Of a stretch of DNA of 64,000 nucleotides, positions 41,240 through 55,689 are shown piece after piece. The notes beneath the pieces are model-generated. The model did no database searches. It saw nothing but the letters and a program-made list of their open reading frames with translations, and was not told the DNA's origin. Both the position numbers and the translations under genes were made by a program. How positions within the stretch are numbered: position 1 is the stretch's first letter; each line of letters opens with the position of its first letter. Source of the stretch: Utricularia gibba (taxonomy: Eukaryota; Plantae; Magnoliophyta). The stretch is taken from assembly GCA_002189035.1 (NCBI GenBank), contig CM007991.1:2542001-2606000 (forward strand), read 5' to 3'.

Positions 41240-44200
41240 ATGAATTTTGGGGATTTCGTCGATAGCATATCGTACAGCAGCAGCAGCAACTCCACTGCGC
41301 CACCGGCCGGAAGTATGCCTACCGGTGGAATGTCTCAGCCCCGCCTTGTTTTTCAGCCACTTTCCACCGCGCTCCATGTTCCCGGCCTCTCTCTTGCGCT
41401 TGTAAGTTTCACCTGCATATATATATCTTCTTCTAGAGTGCTCGTTTCGCTGCTGATTTGGGTGTGGTGTTTCAGCAGGATGCGGATTTCAGTGCGAGAG
41501 CTGGAGACGAGTATGAAATCAGTAATGCCGGTGGAAGAAACATTAGGGATGAGGAGAACGAGAGCAGATCCGCGAGTGAAAACATGGACGGCGTCTCCGG
41601 AGACGATCGAGACGGCATTTCCGACAAGTCACGGCGGAAGAAGAGATACCATCGCCACACGCCGCAGCAGATTCAGGAACTGGAAGCGTATGACTGTTTC
41701 CTGCAAGTTTTATCTCGATAAAAGAATCTCTTCTGATAGGGACTTTGTTACAGTGTCTTCAAGGAATGCCCTCATCCTGATGAGAAGCAAAGACTTGAGC
41801 TAAGCAAGAAGCTGTCCTTGGACACAAGGCAAGTGAAGTTTTGGTTTCAGAACAGAAGAACTCAGATGAAGGTATCGTTTTCAGTCATGCTTCCATTGAC
41901 TTGGGATCTCGCAAACGTTGGTTTTTTATTCTGTAATGGCTTCTTGGTCAACAGACACAGATAGAGCGCCATCAGAATTCACTTTTGAGACAGGAAAATG
42001 ACGAGCTCAGAGCAGAAAACATGTCCATAAGAGAGGCAATTGCTAATCCCATTTGCACAAACTGTGGAGGCGCAGCGATCATTGGCGAGATGTCTATGGA
42101 GGAGCAGCATCTCAGAATCCAAAACACAAGGCTTCGAAGCGAACTAGAGCGCGTTTGTTCCCTGGCCGGCAAGATTCTAAATCGTTCTCCAGCAAACTCA
42201 AGCTTAGAACTTAGTGGTGTTGCTTCAACTCTTCCTCTAATTCCATCTGAGCTCGGGCTCTTGAGCCAGTTGGTTACAAAGAAAGCAGCCATGAACATGG
42301 TCCCAATAGACAGATCTGTGGAAAAAACAGTCTACCTGGAACTTGCATTGGCGGCCATGGATGAATTCATGAAACTAGCACAAATTGATGAACCCCTCTG
42401 GACCAAAAGCTTGGAAAATGGCAGACAAGTTCTCTGCCATGAGCAGTATCTAAGGAGCTTTACTCCCTGTATTGGAATGAAGCATGATAGCTTCGTCTAC
42501 GAGGCCTCAAAGGAGACTGTTTCTGTTATCATTAGCGGATCAGCTCTCGTGGAGAGTCTAATGGATTCTGTATGCTTTCCTACAAACTGTCTCCATGGCC
42601 ACCGAATGGTAGAAATCAAAACTAACCCTTTGCATGTCGATTTGGCAGGACAAATGGAGAGATGTGTTTCCTGGCATAGTATCAAGAAACACAACTACAG
42701 AGGTGATCTGCAATGGCGCGGGAGGAACAAGAAACGGTGTTCTTCTTTTGGTAAGAATCAATCTGGTCTCCGCCTTTGGACATGTCGTTTCTTCTTTTTC
42801 ATTTCGCATGAAAACGTTTGGGGGTATGCCAGATGAACGCCACGTTCCAAGTGTTATCACCACTGGTACCAGTGAGAGAGGTCAACTTCCTTCGTTTCTG
42901 TAAGCAGCACGGCGAGGGAACCTGGGCCATTGTCGACGTCTCCGTTGACACCATCCAGGAGTCCCGTGGTGGCCCGTTGCTCCCCAACTCCCGGAGACTC
43001 CCCTCCGGCTGCCTCATCCAAGAAATGCCCAACAGCTACTCCAAGGTACCATTTAGAAGTTCCCACCTCAACTGTTAAATTTTTTTTCAACAATTTCTCA
43101 AAAAAAGAAACTTTTTTTGTCTATAAATTTTTTGTATCCTTGCAAGAATACTACAAATACCTGTCTTAATTCCTTGCCACATAAATGTGCTGTTGGTTGG
43201 TGCAGTGTCTTGAATGAGTTCGTTGCGATGCCTCTTAATTTTACTTGTTTTTAATACAAAAAGATCATGGTGACGAGTTGGGTTTTGATGGGGTATACAG
43301 GTGACATGGGTGGAACACTCGGAGTACGACGAAACCGTGATCCATCACCTCTACCGGCGCGTGATCGCCGCCAGCATCGGATTCGGAGCTCCACGATGGG
43401 CGGGGACGCTCCGCCGCCAATCTGAGTCTCTCACCATGTCCTCCGCCACCCCACCTACAGATCACACCGGTAATTTTTTTTTCCCCGACGAGTTTACAGT
43501 GTACTCTTTCCTATTGGATTTGACAGCAACGTGTGTTGCATTGTAGCAATAACAGCAGGAGGACGGAAGAGCATGTTGAAACTAGCGGAGAGAATGTCTA
43601 ACAGCTTTTGTGATGGCATCTGTGCTTCGTCGTCTCCAAAATGGAGCAAGCTGAAGATGGAGAATGTGGATAGTAACATTCAGGTGATGACCCGGAAGAG
43701 TGTAGAGGATCCCGGCGTACCCCCAGGGATCGTACTGAGCGCAGCCAGCTCCGTGTGGGTTCCGGTTGCGCCTCAGAGACTGTTCGATTTCCTGCGCAAC
43801 GAGCGTCTTAGAAGCGAGTGGGATATTCTCTCCAACGGCAGCCCCGTTCAAGAGATGGCCCGCATCGCCAAAGGGCAGCATCAGGGCAACTGCGTTTCCC
43901 TGCTTCGTGTCACTGTAAGACATGCATCACATTTGGTTGATCTTCTATTCATTACTTGACCCTCCGGTCGTGGTGGTTCTCCAGGCGGGTACTCCCAATT
44001 CGAACCAGAGCAGCATGCTGATTCTCCAGGAAACGCGAATCGATCCCGCGGAGTTTCTTGTCGTCTACGCGCCGGTTGACATCCCGGCGATGCACGTCGT
44101 GATGAACGGCGGAGATTCTGCGTACGTGGCGCTTCTCCCTTCCGGCTTCGCCATTCTGCCTGACGCGGGTACGGAGAAGCCCAACGGATCATTGCTCACA

Positions 44201-44329
44201 ATCGGGTTTCAGATTCTGATCAACAGCCAGCCGACGGCGACGCTGACGGTGGAATCCGTGCAGACCGTAAGCAATCTCATCTCGTGCACCGTCCAGAAAA
44301 TCAAGTCCGCCCTGCGCTCCGAAAACTGA
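41240..44329 (+). CDS. ANL2: Class IV HD-ZIP transcription factor, ANL2/HDG1-like
   Basis: GLSLAL; homeodomain [16 protein letters not shown]...[13 protein letters not shown]; zipper-loop-zipper CTNCGG; START domain; C-terminal [21 protein letters not shown]. Confidence 0.93.
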
Positions 44330-44366
44330 CTCAGGGCTTCCTTGAAAAAACATGTGTTGGTTTTGG

Positions 44367-44458
44367 GAGTCAAGAGCGAACCTCGCGGGAACGATCCTAC
44401 CGCGGTGGCCGGAGCTTGCCGCACAACCCTACGGCGGTGGTGGTTCGGGCATTGACTC
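44367..44458 (+). promoter_or_regulatory. Conserved HD-ZIP IV 3' UTR element with complementary partner (stem-loop)
   Basis: GGTGGTTCGGGCATTGACT at 44439-44457 matches the recalled family motif. GAGTCAA (44367) can pair with TTGACTC (44452), and CGAACC (44377) with GGTTCG (44442). Confidence 0.75.
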
Positions 44459-45343
44459 AAGTCCCGGTGTTGTGATGCAGATGTGTACGGTGGCGTTATG
44501 CATTCATATATACATTTTTAAAGACACGCAAGGAATATATTTATTATATGTTATCAATCATATATAATTTGTTTTTAAAAATTATTTCTCGAAAATTCAA
44601 TCTCTTAATTATTTCCCAAGAAAATAGAATCTAAATAGAATTTGAGGATAATAATATTTTGGATTATTTATTTTCGATTAAAATAAAACAGTGTATTTAT
44701 TGGGGTGGCACATGCACCACGTGCGCGGTTACAAAAATTATATGGTGGTTTAAAGGAGCGTGGCTTAATCATACATGGTTTAGCTGGATGGGGAAGATGG
44801 GGCCCACGGGGTGTGTATAAATAAATGATTAGGAAATCATTTCACGAGGAATTAAAATAAATAGTATTAATGTGGTGGTAAAAATGGTAAATAGGCGAGG
44901 GGTAGATTCCGGAATATTCGGGCCGTACTTGTACATGTGGAAGGGTAATTAGGTAATTGTTTGCAGGAATGGGCGACGAATCAACGGCTCAGGACGACTG
45001 TCTGACCGCCACTACCATTTCAATGGGGTCAGAGCTCAGAATCATGGATGATAGAGAGGGAAGGGAGGCAAGGTGTATTCGGGGATCAGGATCCCGTCAT
45101 TCATTTCATTCCTTAGTTTAGCTTTGACTGCAGCACCCCATTTCTCTTCTTCTTCTTCTCGTTCATTGGGTTGCGTGTGTTCCCCATTTGAACTGGACGC
45201 AGGGAAGAAGGAGAGACTTATCCATCCCTCCCCGACAGATCTCTCTTTTTCTCCCTGCTTTCCTTTTTTTTTGGGTTTTCGTTTTTTGTTTGGCTTAGAA
45301 AGAAGCTTTCCCGTTGGTTTACGTTTCTGGGCGCCGGTAAACG

Positions 45344-47695
<2,352 letters not shown>

Positions 47696-48213
47696 ACTTG
47701 CCAAGAGCAGCCTTCTGTAAATGCACATGGTTCCTCGAGTGAGACCATTTTCATTTAGAGATAACCACAAACTCCTTTGTCTTTTCATTTTTACCTGGTG
47801 GATGATGTGAGAGAAGAGATGGAATTATGAAGATCAAGGCTGTCAATAGGTTGAAAAATGTGATTCCTCTGCTGTTAGATTAGGAAACTGATTTTGTATG
47901 TTAAGCCGCTGAAGCTTTTCCCTGTGCCTGTACTGTATTATTATGAATCTTGTATAAGTATTTTGTTCATTCTGCTTTCAGTGGTGATCCCTAATTGAAC
48001 TAACTTCACATATCAGCCAGTAAAAGTGTTTGTACTTTTAGTGAAACCCAAGGCACAGCTTAAAATGTGGAAATCCAAATGTTACACTTGGTCAGATTTC
48101 AAGGTTTCACCGAAAAACTTTCATATTAACTAATAAATTGATGATACCAAACGGAGGTAAAGGTGACTGCAACAGATACACTCTCTGTATACTCCTTGTT
48201 CCCTAAAAATTCT

Positions 48214-49162
48214 TCAAGAGTTTTGCTCATCTTGAGAGTCCTCTTGTTCTGGTTTAGGCTCCTGAGGGTCTTGCTCAATGGCCTCAGTCGAAGCACTTTT
48301 CCTATGATTTGCACCCTCGAGAACATGCTGGTAGTTCCCCTTCTCCATGAACAGCTGCTGAAAATGAACTTTGCAGTACAAAATCCCATCAAGTGCAGCA
48401 TAGGATGAGTGCGTCAGAGGACATCCACCATGAGCACACTTGAAGCATGACTTGTGGTATGATTCCCCTTCCAGTATCACCTGGTTGTTTTGTTCCATCA
48501 AATAACATGAAGCGTAACCAGGTACACGTAAAGCTCATATTCTTTTAACAGATAACCTTCTCCAATGGGTAAACAGTTTTGTGGCATGCAGCGCATTTAT
48601 CTTGAGTTCCAGAGAACATGGCTGAGACCTTGCTTGGAGGGGCCTTGTTCTACACGTACAAAAACATCAACCAAAAAATCATTTTTCAGCCCATAATCAT
48701 TCTTGGCTTACCAGGGGATTTTCCTTTTCGTTCCTGTCTGCATGAACGTGAACATGAAGACGATGAGTGGGCATGGCAACAAGTCAAATAAATATTTGAC
48801 ATATATAGGGAAAAAACATCATACGTGTCTGGAAGTTCTTGCTGAAATTCCCTGATTCCTTGAACAGCTGCTCAAAATGAGGCTTGCAGTACAGAACTCC
48901 ATCCATGGATGAGTAGTTGCTCATCTACCACGCACACATCGAAACCAAAAAAATTAATCCTTTTCGACGACAGAGCAGGGGCGTATAGATTGTATTACAT
49001 GTTGAAGCAGGAAGATGAATTTACCACAAGGGTGCCTTTGCAATGGCTGCATTTGAAGCAGGATTTGTGGTAAGTCGCCCCATCAGCAGAAAGGAGATCA
49101 ACGAAGTAAACAGTCTTATCACACGCCTTGCATTTGTCCAGAGTTCCTGTGAAAGCAGACAT
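48214..49162 (-). CDS. PLIM2: Two-LIM-domain actin-binding protein, PLIM2-like
   Basis: MSAFTGTLDKCKACDKTVY...YHKSCFKCSHCKG; second LIM HKSCFKCAHGGC...YCKVHFQQLF; acidic tail. Confidence 0.92.
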
Positions 49163-49195
49163 GTTCTCTTAACCTTTTTTCTTTTTTTTTTTCCA

Positions 49196-49963
49196 ATGCG
49201 GGAGAGAAAACTGTTCCTTCAAGTCTGGCCCCAAGGATTAAGAACAATTTGTGGTGCTTCAGACAAAAACATGGGCCATCTCAACGTTAACCGCACAAGT
49301 GGCTGGAGAGGAGGCCGAAAGCTCTTACCAAAGATTGCTACAATATTTTTGTGTGGAGTCCGCAGAAGTAGGAGAGCAATGAGGCCAGGGGTGCGTGCTT
49401 TTTGGAATCCACCTCACCATCAAAATTTCCGTAATTAGAAGATAAAGATCCGAGAAGGATAGTATGATAAATTTGCTGTGAATTGCGCTGTCCCCAGGCA
49501 CACTGGTTCTTCTTCAATCTCCCTGCAATTATCTCCCCCCTGATATCAAACGGGGACTGATCACCCTGGACGAAGAAAAGCTCGTAATACAACTACTCCC
49601 AGGACGCGCAAATAAGGAGATACAGAATTTATCCCCTGCCAACCCATCAAAGCGGCACATGGCTCAATGGGAGACCCCGCTCGCTTGTTTGGAAGCCGAG
49701 GTGTGTTTGTCTACGGAATCTGCGGTTCTGTCAACTTCGGGGAAACCTGAAGGTGATTACTTTCTGCGTTTGTGGAACTCTGAAGTTGGGGAGACTCTAA
49801 AAGAAACGCGGGTGATCGGAAGAAGAAGAAAAAGAATTGTGGGTCTTGTTGAATTTCAACAGGGGTTGCTGAGAAGGATGAAAATGTAGACGTCGAAGAA
49901 TAATGGATCATCGGAGATGAGCTTGGAATTACTTGTCCATTTGAAGATGGCATGAGTTTCTTA
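49196..49963 (+). pseudogene. MYB17: Deletion-riddled relic of an R2R3-MYB subgroup 9 gene (MYB17/LMI2-like); clear core 49527-49889
   Basis: One stop-free frame from 49527 reads NYLPPDIKRGLITLDEEKLVIQL-LPGRANKEIQNL-SPANPSKRHMAQWETPLACLEAEVCLSTES...GDYFLRLWNSEVGE. Shifted-frame SSEMSLELL and EDGMSFL follow. Weak exon-1-like patches (KSGPK, WR..LPKIA) at 49196-49340. Confidence 0.8.
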
Positions 49964-50173
49964 GCCTCTTCTAGAGTTCCAATGCTGGTTTCTTCACTGG
50001 AGAAGAAAGCTCGGTGAAGGGTTTGAGAAAGAAAACCACCCAAAATAAAATAAATGGGCTTTATCGTATTTGGGCTCAAGAATGACGGAACTCTGCGCTT
50101 AGAGGCCCAGCCCATAGCTATTTTGTTCCCGGCACTCTGCCCGCGAATGAGCAAGTTATTGTCTTGTCCGTCC

Positions 50174-52454
50174 ATGGAGTCCGCGTGCGACGTTCTTCCG
50201 TCGTGGGGAGAGAAGGTTTCCTCAGCAGTTTTTTCAGTTTACCGGTCTCTTTCCAAGAAGGGGAAACCTCAAGGTCGTGAAGTCACTGTTCTAGCCGCTT
50301 TTCTGCTGTCCGATGCGTCCCAAGGTCGTGACCATTTTAGGCTGCTTTCTTGAATGCGTGTTTTCGTGATGAATTTTTCCTTTTCCGACTTCAGTGAACT
50401 TTTTTTTATAAATGGGAAATGTGTGCTAGAGTTAAGAGTGGTGGCGCTGGCGACGGGTACTAAGTGCATCGGCCGCTGGAAACGGAGCCCGATTGGGGAT
50501 GTTGTAAATGATTCGCATGCCGAAGTGATATCCAGAAGATCACTTATAAGGTTTCCTCTACGGTTTTGCAATTGATTCATTCATATGGTCTCTTGTGAAT
50601 GAATGGAATGAAATATGCTGATACGTTTTGTTTGGATTTACATGTTTTTCTACGACGAGATACGCCGCGCCGGAAAAAAGCATGAGCACAATCATGATGA
50701 AAAGCTTGTTTTGGAAAATGTTCAAATGAGGGATTCAATTTTCTGTAGGAGCTCAGATACAACTACGAAGGGAAAATTTAAGCTAAAACCTGGCTTGCGG
50801 TTGCATTTGTATATATCACAATTACCCTGTAGGTTTTTTGCATTGCACTGAAGTGGGCTTTTATTTTATCACTGGTTAAATTTTGGCTGTTCATCTTTAA
50901 TTGGTTCATTTGTTGTTGAATAGGCGGGGATGCATCATCCCGGTCGAAGATGTTCACCTGTGCGAGCAATACAGAAAATCCCACATCTGAATGTGCCGCT
51001 TCGGAATGCTGTGAACAGCAGGATGGTAATCTTTAGTTGTTTTGATCCAATGGCCACTGTTGGTTTTGTGGTTAATGAATGTTCTGCCAGGATTTTACGT
51101 TCAGCGTGCTAGGACAGTTCAGAGGAAGCCTGGACGAGGTGATACAACTTGGTCCGTTAGCTGCTCTGACAAAATAGCTCGGTGGAATGTTCTTGGAGTA
51201 CAAGGTTTGTTGTAGGTTTTCTGTTATGAGAACTTCACACTTAAGTTATTGACAATGATTCCTTGTGCATTTCAGTTGTTCTTTGTATCCGAATAAAAAT
51301 TTCTGTTCATGAATTACATATGAAGTTTTTTCAGTGGCTGTACTTAGACAGTGTTGCCTTTCATAGCATACTATTCAATGGATATTGTTTTTGTTACAGG
51401 AGCTTTGCTTTCCTGCTTTCTTGAGCCTGTTTATATTTCCTCCATTACTGTGGGCTTATCCCAGTTTGAATATGTAAATGATCTTGCCATCAAGAACCTT
51501 GAAAGATCCTTACACGAGCGAATTGCATTAATATCTGATGAAGTCATCAAGCCCTTCCATGTGAAGAAGGTAATAATGTTCGTCATCTGTTCATCATTCT
51601 ATACGGCAATAGTTCTATAGGCTGATCTCAGAATGTTGAAATTTTTAGCCACTCCTGCTGGTAGCTCCAGTACCGTCAAAGGAATTTCAACATTGCGAGA
51701 CAACTCTAGAAACCCTAACATGCGGGTACTTGTTGAGATTCATATTTGACATCTTGCCACAAATTCTCTTGGACAGTTTTTTAACTTGATGATGTTTTAT
51801 AAACTTATTACAGATATTCAATAGCATGGAATGCATGTGGTTTGCATGAAGTCGTTCTTGGAACCACAGGTAGAAAGCAGGGAACGTCTGCAAAAGGAGC
51901 TGCACGCCCAAGTACGGAGTCATCCTTGTGCAAGTAAGTTTAAAATTCTGAGATGCTGAATGTCTGTACCTAGCCTGCCTTCTATATACTCTGCCTCTCT
52001 TTCTGTCTCTCTCTGATATTCCTGTTTTCTATGCCTCTCTCAGTATGCCATGTGTGAACAGATTCTATGTGTATGCTGATTTCCTGCAGGAAGCGATTAT
52101 TGGAGCTACTGATATTGCTCAAGCAAGATCTTTCATTGGAAACCTGTACCAGGATGACATACAGAGATATCAAGGTATCCAGGGTTCTGTTACGTGCATA
52201 ACTATGAATTCCGTCTTATTGGGTCACAATTTCTCCGATGCAGTTAAAGCAACTTTTTTTTTTAATTCTTTTGAAACAAGTTAAGCAGTATTTTGATGGT
52301 GTATATGAGAACCTCGTGGAATAAGTGCTGTCTGTCGCAGGAACAAGCTGAAGGGTATAGTGCAGCTTCAAAGGTCTTTAAAGAAAGTCCGCACTTCTGT
52401 AACTGGATTGGAAAACCTCAAAATATGGAGTCCTTTTGCTATGAAGGATGTTAG
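50174..52454 (+). CDS. TAD1: tRNA-specific adenosine deaminase 1 (ADAT1/TAD1)
   Basis: [19 protein letters not shown]; ALATGTKC; [13 protein letters not shown]; PCGDAS; [16 protein letters not shown]; NWIGKP. Confidence 0.9.
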
Positions 52455-52856
52455 TTGGTTTCAATCTATTCATGATTTCTCATCCACACGCTCAGATAAA
52501 ACACTACCATCATGGTTCATCTAGAGACTGCATACATGATGCTGAAAACTCCATGCACGAAAAAATACCTTTGTGATTGAGAGTCGCATGCAACCATTAA
52601 CCCGTTGCATTTTTTTAGGTTCACTGTTACCAGATCGCCTAGTGAGATGATTGGGCAGGCATTTGATCCTCTGGTATATTCCTTCTAAACTCGTTCAATT
52701 TAATTGCTCAGCTTTTCAGCGTTCTTTGTGTTTATTGCTAGACTTTTTTGTGGGTTTTTGTGCATTTTATGGGACAGCAAGGGTTGACTATTCGCTTTTA
52801 ATAACTCCTCTGGCACTTCTCTCCATCTCCCCATTCCACCACTCACCTTACAACCA

Positions 52857-52875
52857 CCCCCCCCCCCCCCCCCCC
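52857..52875. repeat. Poly-C tract (19 nt) upstream of the glycosyltransferase start
   Basis: Directly visible; length unreliable if the assembly has homopolymer errors. Confidence 0.85.
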
Positions 52876-52934
52876 TTCTTCTCCAGGACCAAATCCTTGG
52901 CTCCGTTTGACCAGAAATCAGCTCAGAAGGAAGC

Positions 52935-55454
52935 ATGAGAGGGGGCGAGGAGAAGCTGATGAGAGTGTTCTGGATGCGGCCTGCCTATGAACAACGACAA
53001 TCGAGGATTCAGAAATGGTTGGGCGCAATGAAGAGTGGTGTATTGGGATCATACTCACCACTGGCTGCTGTTCTTGCTCTCTTGCTGATTCTCTTCCTCT
53101 GCACGGATGGATGGCGGATTCATCTTGTGAGTCCTCCTTTTGGTTTTCAAAGTCTTTTGGATAGCTCCTGCGTTGGGTCTACCGCCTGTCTGTTTTCTCT
53201 GATTCATTCAACATGCTCTCACCGCACCAACCAGAACAGAACCAGTCAGTCCCTCCTCGTACCATTCCGTTGTCCTGCCCTGCCCGTCGTGTACCTGGGA
53301 AAACTATTTTTAATGAAATTAAACATATGAGGAATTATTGAACTAGCCATTTGGATCTATGCATTATAATTTTATCCTAAGAGTTTATAGTTTAAGTTTA
53401 TATGAGCAAAATTATTGTTGTGACAACTACCTGAACATATATGACCCTAGCTGGGTTTTTTTTTTTTTTTAAATGTTGAATTAGATTCTGGGTAATCAAA
53501 TATTTTATGATTATTTTAATTGATTGGTATTTGGTGACTCATTATTTTTTTTTTAAATGTGAATGAATTAGATTCTGGGTAATCAAATATTCGATAATTA
53601 TTTTAATTGATTGGGTATTTGGTGACTCATTTGCTATTTTTTTTTAATTTTTTTATCCTTCTTCACAGGAGGCAAGCCACAGACTCCAAGTCATCCCGGG
53701 AACGGGACCCATTGCCCATGAAACCCCCTTGAACTGCGCCGCATGGAATCGCAACAGCACCTGTCCAAGGAACTACCCGCGAACTCGCGACTCAGCTTCC
53801 TCGGTGGCGGCTCCGATCTGTCCCGAATACTTTCGATGGATCCACGAAGATCTGAGGCACTGGAAGCCCACCGGGATCTCGAAAGAAATAGTGGACAAGG
53901 CGGCGGCCACGGCGCATTTTCGGCTGACTATTGTGGATGGAAACATTTACGTGGAGAAGTTCCGTGAGTCGATTCAGACACGGGCTTTGATCACGATTTG
54001 GGGGATTGTGCAGCTGTCGAGGCGGTACCCTGGGAAATTGCCTAATTTGGAATTGGTATTTGACTGTGGCGATCGACCTGTGATTCCGGCGAAGAACTTT
54101 CCGCCGGGATCTTCCGCGCCGCCGCTCTTCCGGTACTGTTCCGATTTGCGGAGCCTCGATATCGTCTTCCCTGATTGGTCCTTCTGGGGCTGGTACTGTA
54201 TTCTCTTAAAGCTCCATATTTTTTCTACAATTGCAAGTGAGCCACTTAACATTCTTATGGCGTAAAATCGAGATTATAAGGAATCCAGTGCTTTAGAATA
54301 AGCACGGTGACATTTCATTAAAATCCTTGCTGAACAAAATATGTGTTTTGGTGTCCAGGGCAGAGATAAACATTGAACCATGGAGACTCATCCTGAAAGA
54401 AATCAAGAAGGGCAACGAGAGAACGAAATGGGAGGACCGAGTGCCATATGCCTATTGGAGGGGGAATCCCAATGTCAGTCCATGGAGGGGTGATCTTATG
54501 AAGTGCAATGCTACTCCTCAATACGACTGGAATGCTCGTCTCTACGTTCAAGTTAGTTGATCCAGATCAATACAAGTTTCATTCATTTTTGCGGATTACA
54601 CAAGGTGCAGCCTTTTTGAATCCAGGATTGGCTTGAAGAGTCTCGTTCCGGTTTCAAGCAATCAAGTCTTGGCGAACAATGCACTCATAGGTCTGGAACT
54701 CCCATTCACAGGATTGATACACATTTATCACTGATGTTTACCATTATACCAATGTCGTCATGGGGGAAGGTTTTTCTAATATCATTTTGTTGTGCATGTG
54801 TTGCCACAGGTACAAGATTTATATTGAAGGATATGGTTGGTCTGTGAGTGAGAAGTACATTCTTGCTTGCGACTCTCCGACATTGTTGATGACTCCTCGT
54901 TGGCACGATTTCTTCATCAGAGCGTTGATGCCTCAGCGCCATTATTGGCCGGTTAGGGAGAATGACAAATGCAGGTCTCTGAAATTCGCTGTTGAATGGG
55001 GAAACAATCACACACAGAAGGTGAGTTTTGTTGTGATAATTGAATGATAAGATTAAGACTTTGAAAGTTAGTTTTGGTTTGTTGGTTTTAGGCCAAGGAA
55101 ATTGGGGAAGCAGGGAGCAGGTTCATCCATGAAGAACTTAGAATGGAGTACGTGTATGACTACATGTATCATCTGTTGAACGAGTACGCGAAGCTTTTGA
55201 AATACAAACCAATGATTCCCACGAAGGGTGCCCAGGTCTGTGCCGAATCTCTGGCTTGCTCAGCTGTTGGAACTCAGAGGAAGTTCATGGAGGAGTCGAT
55301 GGAGAAGTTGGCCAGCGATTTGCTTCCTTGCAAGATGCCTCCGCCTTTCGACCCCCAGGAACGTGTGGCTTTAATGAATGAAAGAATGGAAGCAACTAGA
55401 AAAGTGGAAGCATGGGAAAGCGAATACTGGGGAAACAAGAAAATGAGCCAGTAA
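52935..55454 (+). CDS. Glycosyltransferase family 90 / O-glucosyltransferase rumi-like (DTA2/DUF821)
   Basis: Type II TM; CPEYFRWIHEDLRHW; YPGKLPNLELVFDCGDRP; VFPDWSFWGW; YKIYIEGYGWSVSEKYILACDS; MEYVYDYMYHLLNEYAKL. Confidence 0.92.
53471..53631. repeat. Two-copy tandem duplication of about 85 nt in intron 1 of the glycosyltransferase
   Basis: gaattagattctgggtaatcaaatatt...ttattttaattgattgg...tatttggtgactcatt occurs at 53471-53543 and 53555-53631. Confidence 0.9.
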
Positions 55455-55689
55455 AAGCACTTTTGAGATCCACACAACACCTTGGTACATCGACAGTCGC
55501 AGTAAATGAATAAGAGAATACTTGGAATGTATCCAGGTTCCAGTAATCAAATCTCAATAACTTAGCTGATGAGGAACTTCAGAATGCTCCGGCTTTGAGG
55601 ATATCCCAGGCCCAGCTCATCTCACTCGGATCAGTTTCCTGGGGTTCGGCCTGAACCCCATCCAACTCTCTTGAACTTGCGCACAGCAT

